This document shows, in pieces, positions 59,160-64,000 of a DNA stretch of 64,000 bases. The stretch lies in NCBI GenBank assembly GCA_003455995.1, contig DMPO01000001.1:14945-78944 (forward strand), in the 5' to 3' direction. The position numbers and the translations under genes are program-made. Source of the DNA: Candidatus Azambacteria bacterium. GTDB lineage: Bacteria > Patescibacteriota > Minisyncoccia > UBA10092. The notes beneath the pieces were generated by a model. The model was not told where the DNA came from. It searched no databases and saw only the letters and a program-made list of their open reading frames with translations. The number at the start of each line of letters is the position of its first letter. Position 1 is the stretch's first letter.

Positions 59160-60806
59160 ATGGCCGATATCAACAACACTGAAAAACATTGGCTAATCGC
59201 CTTTTATGGTAGGGTCTCAACATCGCTGCAGGAGGAACAAAAAACAATTGAGACTCAACTCATGGCAATGAATGATTTCGCCGATAAGAAATTCGGTAAA
59301 GGTAACTATACTGTAGTCAAAGAATATCTCGATGAAGGTTGGAGCGGAGACAATATTGTAAGACCTAGTCTTGACCAGCTTCGGGTTGATGCAAAGAAAA
59401 AGATTTGGGACGCAGTAATAATTTATGACCCGGACCGATTGGCTCGCAGATATTCATTGCAAGAGTTGGTAATGGACGAAATAAAAGATGTCGGGATTGA
59501 AGTTATTTTTGTTACCGTATCTACTCCCAAAAACATAGAGGATAAGATCCTTTATGGGGTACGGGGACTGTTCGCTGAATATGAGCGAGCAAAAATATCG
59601 GAACGTTTCCGCCTTGGGAAACTTCTTAAGGTTAGAAATGGCAATATTCTTACAACAGAGGCTCTTTATGGATATGATTACATTCGCAATGACAAGATAA
59701 ATAAAAAGCCCGGCTACTATGTGATAAATGAAGAAGAAGCAAGGGTTGTAAGAATGATATTTGCTTGGGTTGGCGAAGAAGGATTAACGCTCCGGCAAGT
59801 AGTGAGACGATTGCAAGAAATGGAGATAAAACCAAGAAAAAGTAAAAGGGGGGTTTGGAATACAAGCACTTTATCTACTCTACTAAGACACAAAGCGTAT
59901 ATAGGAATGGCTCATTGGGGTAGTTCCTATGCGGTAGTTCCAAAGAATCCTACAAATAAGGAAAAATATCGGCAAGTAAAAAAGAGTAGTCGAAAAATCA
60001 AACCGGAAACAGAATGGATTGCGTCGAACATCCCAGTGCCACCTATCATTGGGGAAGAACTATTTATGAAAGTGCGAGAACAATTAAAAACCAATTTTGC
60101 GCTGTGCCAACGGAATACCAAAAATGAATATCTACTTGGCGGTAAAATATTTTGTTCTTGCGGCACAAAGAGATGTGGCGAAGGTCCTCAACATGGCAAA
60201 CATCTTTACTATCGTTGCAGTAATAGAATCTATAACTTCCCTCTGTCCCCTACATGCAATGAGAAAGGAATTAATGCGAGAATCGCTGATAAATTAGTAT
60301 GGCAAAAAATCAAAGAGTTTATGACTTCTCCGAAATTATTATCACGACAAATCAATCGACGGAAAGATATCCGGAAAAATAAAACTCTACCATTAATTGA
60401 AAATATAGGAATAGCGGAAAAAGAACTTGCGAAACTGAAAGCGCAGGAAGACCGCTACATCAAGGCATATGGAAACGGCGCATTAACTATTGAACAATTA
60501 AAAGAGCAAGTAACATCAATAAAAAGTCATATGGCAACATTTGAATCGCAAATAAGAAAGGTCAATCAAGAAAAAAGCCGGATTGATACTGCTCCAACAC
60601 CAACTGAAAAAGAAATAAAAATATTTACAGATGAGGCAGCCAAAACTATTAATGACTTGAATTTTGAGACAAAACGGACAATCATTAGAAATACTGTAGG
60701 AAGAATTATTGGCACACAGCGACAGCTACAGGTGTCTGGCGAAATACCATTAACACTAAATTATGTCACATACAAAACTAACTATCGGTATAGTTGGCCT
60801 GCCTAA
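59160..60806 (+). CDS. Large serine recombinase (integrase)
   Basis: YGRVST catalytic Ser, DEGWSG, RPSL, DRLAR, recombinase domain, Zn ribbon (CSCG...YYRC...C), coiled coil. Confidence 0.95.
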   Translation: MADINNTEKHWLIAFYGRVSTSLQEEQKTIETQLMAMNDFADKKFGKGNYTVVKEYLDEGWSGDNIVRPSLDQLRVDAKKKIWDAVIIYDPDRLARRYSLQELVMDEIKDVGIEVIFVTVSTPKNIEDKILYGVRGLFAEYERAKISERFRLGKLLKVRNGNILTTEALYGYDYIRNDKINKKPGYYVINEEEARVVRMIFAWVGEEGLTLRQVVRRLQEMEIKPRKSKRGVWNTSTLSTLLRHKAYIGMAHWGSSYAVVPKNPTNKEKYRQVKKSSRKIKPETEWIASNIPVPPIIGEELFMKVREQLKTNFALCQRNTKNEYLLGGKIFCSCGTKRCGEGPQHGKHLYYRCSNRIYNFPLSPTCNEKGINARIADKLVWQKIKEFMTSPKLLSRQINRRKDIRKNKTLPLIENIGIAEKELAKLKAQEDRYIKAYGNGALTIEQLKEQVTSIKSHMATFESQIRKVNQEKSRIDTAPTPTEKEIKIFTDEAAKTINDLNFETKRTIIRNTVGRIIGTQRQLQVSGEIPLTLNYVTYKTNYRYSWPA

Positions 60807-61794
60807 TGTGGGTAAATCCACTTTATTTAAAGCGCTGACCAGAGAAAAAGTTAATATCGCCAATTTTCCCTTCGCCACCATCGATCCCAATGTTGGGATT
60901 GTTAAAGTTCCCGATCAACGGCTTATCCGACTTGCTGAAATGTCGAAGTCAAAAAAAATCGTTCCGGCGGCAATAGAATTTGTCGATATTGCCGGCTTGG
61001 TCAAAGGCGCCCATGAAGGCGCGGGGCTTGGCAATCAATTTTTGGCGCGCATCAGAGAAGTGGATGTTATTGTTGAAGTGGTGAGGGATTTTGAAAACCC
61101 GGACATTATTCATGTTGAAGAAACCGTTAATCCGTCGCGGGATATTGAAACAATCCAACTGGAACTGGTCATGGCCGATCTGCAAACGCTGAATAAGCAT
61201 CTGGCCACGATTGAAAAAGATGTCAGAGCGGGCAAAAAATACGCCCAAGAAGAAAAGATAGTTTTGGAAAAAATAAAAACGGTTTTAGAGGCCGGAGAAG
61301 GAGCCACAAAAGCAAAACTTTCCGAATCAGAATTATTGTTGATAAAAAATTTACATTTTATGACTCTAAAGCCGTTTTTATTTGTTTATAATATTTCAAA
61401 AAATATCGATAATGGAAATCGACTGGCAATTAATTTGCGATTGGAGGCGGAAATAGCGGAAATGAGCGAAGAGGAAGCCAAAGAATTTGAAAATGAATCG
61501 CGTTTGCCGGAATTGATAAAAAAGGCCTATGATTTATTGGATTTAATTACCTATTTCACCACCGGAGAAGATGAGACCCGCGGCTGGACTATTAGAGCCG
61601 GATGGACGGCGCCGCAGGCCGGTTCGGCAATCCATAACGATTTTGAACAAAAATTTATCAAGGCCGAAGTTATAAATTGGCAAAAATTGCTGGAGTGCGG
61701 TTCTTGGGCCAATGCCCGTCAAAAGGGATTCTTACGAACGGAAGGAAAGGACTATGTGGTCGAAGACGGCGATGTCATAGAATTCAAAATTTAA
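60763..61794 (+). CDS. ychF: Obg-family ATPase YchF with island-supplied N-terminus
   Basis: GIVGLPNVGKST, NFPFATIDPN, DIAGLV, C-terminal TGS domain. Confidence 0.97.
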   Translation: MSHTKLTIGIVGLPNVGKSTLFKALTREKVNIANFPFATIDPNVGIVKVPDQRLIRLAEMSKSKKIVPAAIEFVDIAGLVKGAHEGAGLGNQFLARIREVDVIVEVVRDFENPDIIHVEETVNPSRDIETIQLELVMADLQTLNKHLATIEKDVRAGKKYAQEEKIVLEKIKTVLEAGEGATKAKLSESELLLIKNLHFMTLKPFLFVYNISKNIDNGNRLAINLRLEAEIAEMSEEEAKEFENESRLPELIKKAYDLLDLITYFTTGEDETRGWTIRAGWTAPQAGSAIHNDFEQKFIKAEVINWQKLLECGSWANARQKGFLRTEGKDYVVEDGDVIEFKI

Positions 61795-61832
61795 ATTGAC
61801 AGGTTGCCGCGCTCTGTGATAAATTATCACCG

Positions 61833-62722
<890 letters not shown>

Positions 62723-62723
62723 T

Positions 62724-62957
62724 ATGTATAACAATCCCATCAATCTAAAAAATCAAAAAACCACCTGTTATTTCTGCGCTCAGAACTTGCAGGAAATTGA
62801 TTACAAAAGCGCGGAGCTTTTGCGTCGTTTTATTTCGGCGCAGGCAAAAATTATGCCCAGAAAACGCAGTCATCTATGCGCCAAACATCAGCGCCGTTTA
62901 GCCATGGCCATCAAACGCGCCCGTTTCATGGCGCTCCTCCCCTTCACCGCCAGATAA
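62724..62957 (+). CDS. rpsR: 30S ribosomal protein S18
   Basis: CYFC, IDYK, AIKRARFMALLP. Confidence 0.96.
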   Translation: MYNNPINLKNQKTTCYFCAQNLQEIDYKSAELLRRFISAQAKIMPRKRSHLCAKHQRRLAMAIKRARFMALLPFTAR

Positions 62958-63971
62958 TTATACTACCGAAGATTTTTTCACTTCTTGAGTCAGTTTTTTG
63001 GTTAGATCTTGGTTCTCTTTCAGATATTGGCGGGCGGATTCAAGGCCTTGGCCGAGTTTTTGGTCGGCGTAGTTTATCCAGGTGCCGGATTTCGATAAAA
63101 CGCCGGATTTCAAGCCGCAATTTATTATATCCCCTTCTTTTGATATCCCCTCATTATACATGATGTCAAATTCGGCAATTTTAAACGGCGCCGCCACTTT
63201 GTTTTTGACCACTTTAACCGTAACCCTGTTGCCGACTATATCTTCTCCTTTTTTAATTTGAGCGTTTCGCCGAACATCGAGCCGCACCGAAGAATAAAAT
63301 TTAAGCGCCATGCCGCCCGGCTGGGTTTCCGGATTGCCGAAAAACACGCCGATTTTCATTCTTAATTGATTTATAAAAATAATGGCCGTATTGCTTTTAG
63401 CGGCGATGGCGTTTAATTTTCTCAACGCCTGCGACATCAGCCGCGCCTGAAGCCCCATGTGCGAATCGCCCATTTCTCCTTCAATTTCGGCTCGGGGCGT
63501 CAAAGCGGCCACCGAATCGACAACAACGACATCGCAAGCGTTCGATCTTACCAAGCTCTCCACAATCTCCAACGCTTGCTCGCCATTATCCGGCTGGGAA
63601 ATTAAAAGATCTTCAATCTTAACGCCGATTTTCTTGGCATATTCAGGATCCAAGGCGTGTTCGGCATCCACAAAAGCGGTTTGCCCGCCTCTTTTTTGCG
63701 CTTCGGCGATAATGTGCAACGCCAGTGTGGTTTTTCCGGATGATTCCGGGCCGTAAATCTCGATAATTCTGCCTTTGGGTATGCCGCCAACGCCCAGCGC
63801 CATATCCAAAGAAAGCGACCCCGTTGGGATAGCGTCAACATTAACTTTGGCGACATCGCCGAGTTTCATTATGGAGCCCTCGCCGAATCTTTCTTTCAAT
63901 CCTTTAACGGCATCGTCTAAGGCCTTATTTTTAATATCGATATTTGCCTCTTTTTCTTTTTGTTTTACCAT
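62958..63971 (-). CDS. recA: Recombinase RecA
   Basis: [26 protein letters not shown]. Confidence 0.98.
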   Translation of the reverse strand: MVKQKEKEANIDIKNKALDDAVKGLKERFGEGSIMKLGDVAKVNVDAIPTGSLSLDMALGVGGIPKGRIIEIYGPESSGKTTLALHIIAEAQKRGGQTAFVDAEHALDPEYAKKIGVKIEDLLISQPDNGEQALEIVESLVRSNACDVVVVDSVAALTPRAEIEGEMGDSHMGLQARLMSQALRKLNAIAAKSNTAIIFINQLRMKIGVFFGNPETQPGGMALKFYSSVRLDVRRNAQIKKGEDIVGNRVTVKVVKNKVAAPFKIAEFDIMYNEGISKEGDIINCGLKSGVLSKSGTWINYADQKLGQGLESARQYLKENQDLTKKLTQEVKKSSVV

Positions 63972-64000
63972 ATATTTTTATTGATTTCTAAAGACCTGCC

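Larger units (their letters stand above)
42056..60797. mobile_element. Integrative element (~18.7 kb) inserted in ychF, carrying a large serine recombinase
   Basis: GGTATAGTTGG duplicated at 42056-42066 and 60787-60797; recombinase at the right end; visibly more AT-rich cargo; defence genes. Confidence 0.9.

Overview
A 64-kb bacterial chromosome segment that looks like Patescibacteria/CPR (Parcubacteria-like), judged from compact housekeeping operons, shortened HrcA and DnaJ, a PaaX/Cas2-like gene and short palindromes inserted in genes; the lineage is an inference. Positions 1-42,040 and 60,800-64,000 are mostly housekeeping genes (iscS, rmuC, pyrD, ftsEX, hrcA-grpE-dnaK-dnaJ, cysS, dnaB, recR, dcw genes, rplJL, trmD, groESL, rnj, trpS, ychF, rpsF-ssb-rpsR, recA) plus five tRNAs. 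The main accessory feature is an ~18.7-kb island (42,056-60,797) integrated into the 5' end of ychF, presumably by its large serine recombinase. The GGTATAGTTGG core is duplicated, the native ychF start (MSLKIGIVG) is stranded at the left end, and the island supplies a replacement N-terminus. The crossover lies inside the recombinase gene, so excision would swap its last 2 residues for an in-frame 50-residue tail. The island carries a layered defence cluster (type I RM, KAP NTPase, GmrSD-like, HEPN), an ArdC/SymE-like module, no recognisable Rep or relaxase, and a ~460-nt structured RNA candidate in front of a Zn-finger gene. Other oddities: a tRNA-like RNA without a normal anticodon loop that has its own promoter and terminator; an NYN nuclease cassette between 53-bp direct repeats next to a second large structured region; a PaaX/Cas2-like gene bracketed by 34-bp palindromes; and several palindrome families inserted in frame into conserved genes. 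No CRISPR array or rRNA was seen. All RNA structures were read by eye and none was computed.
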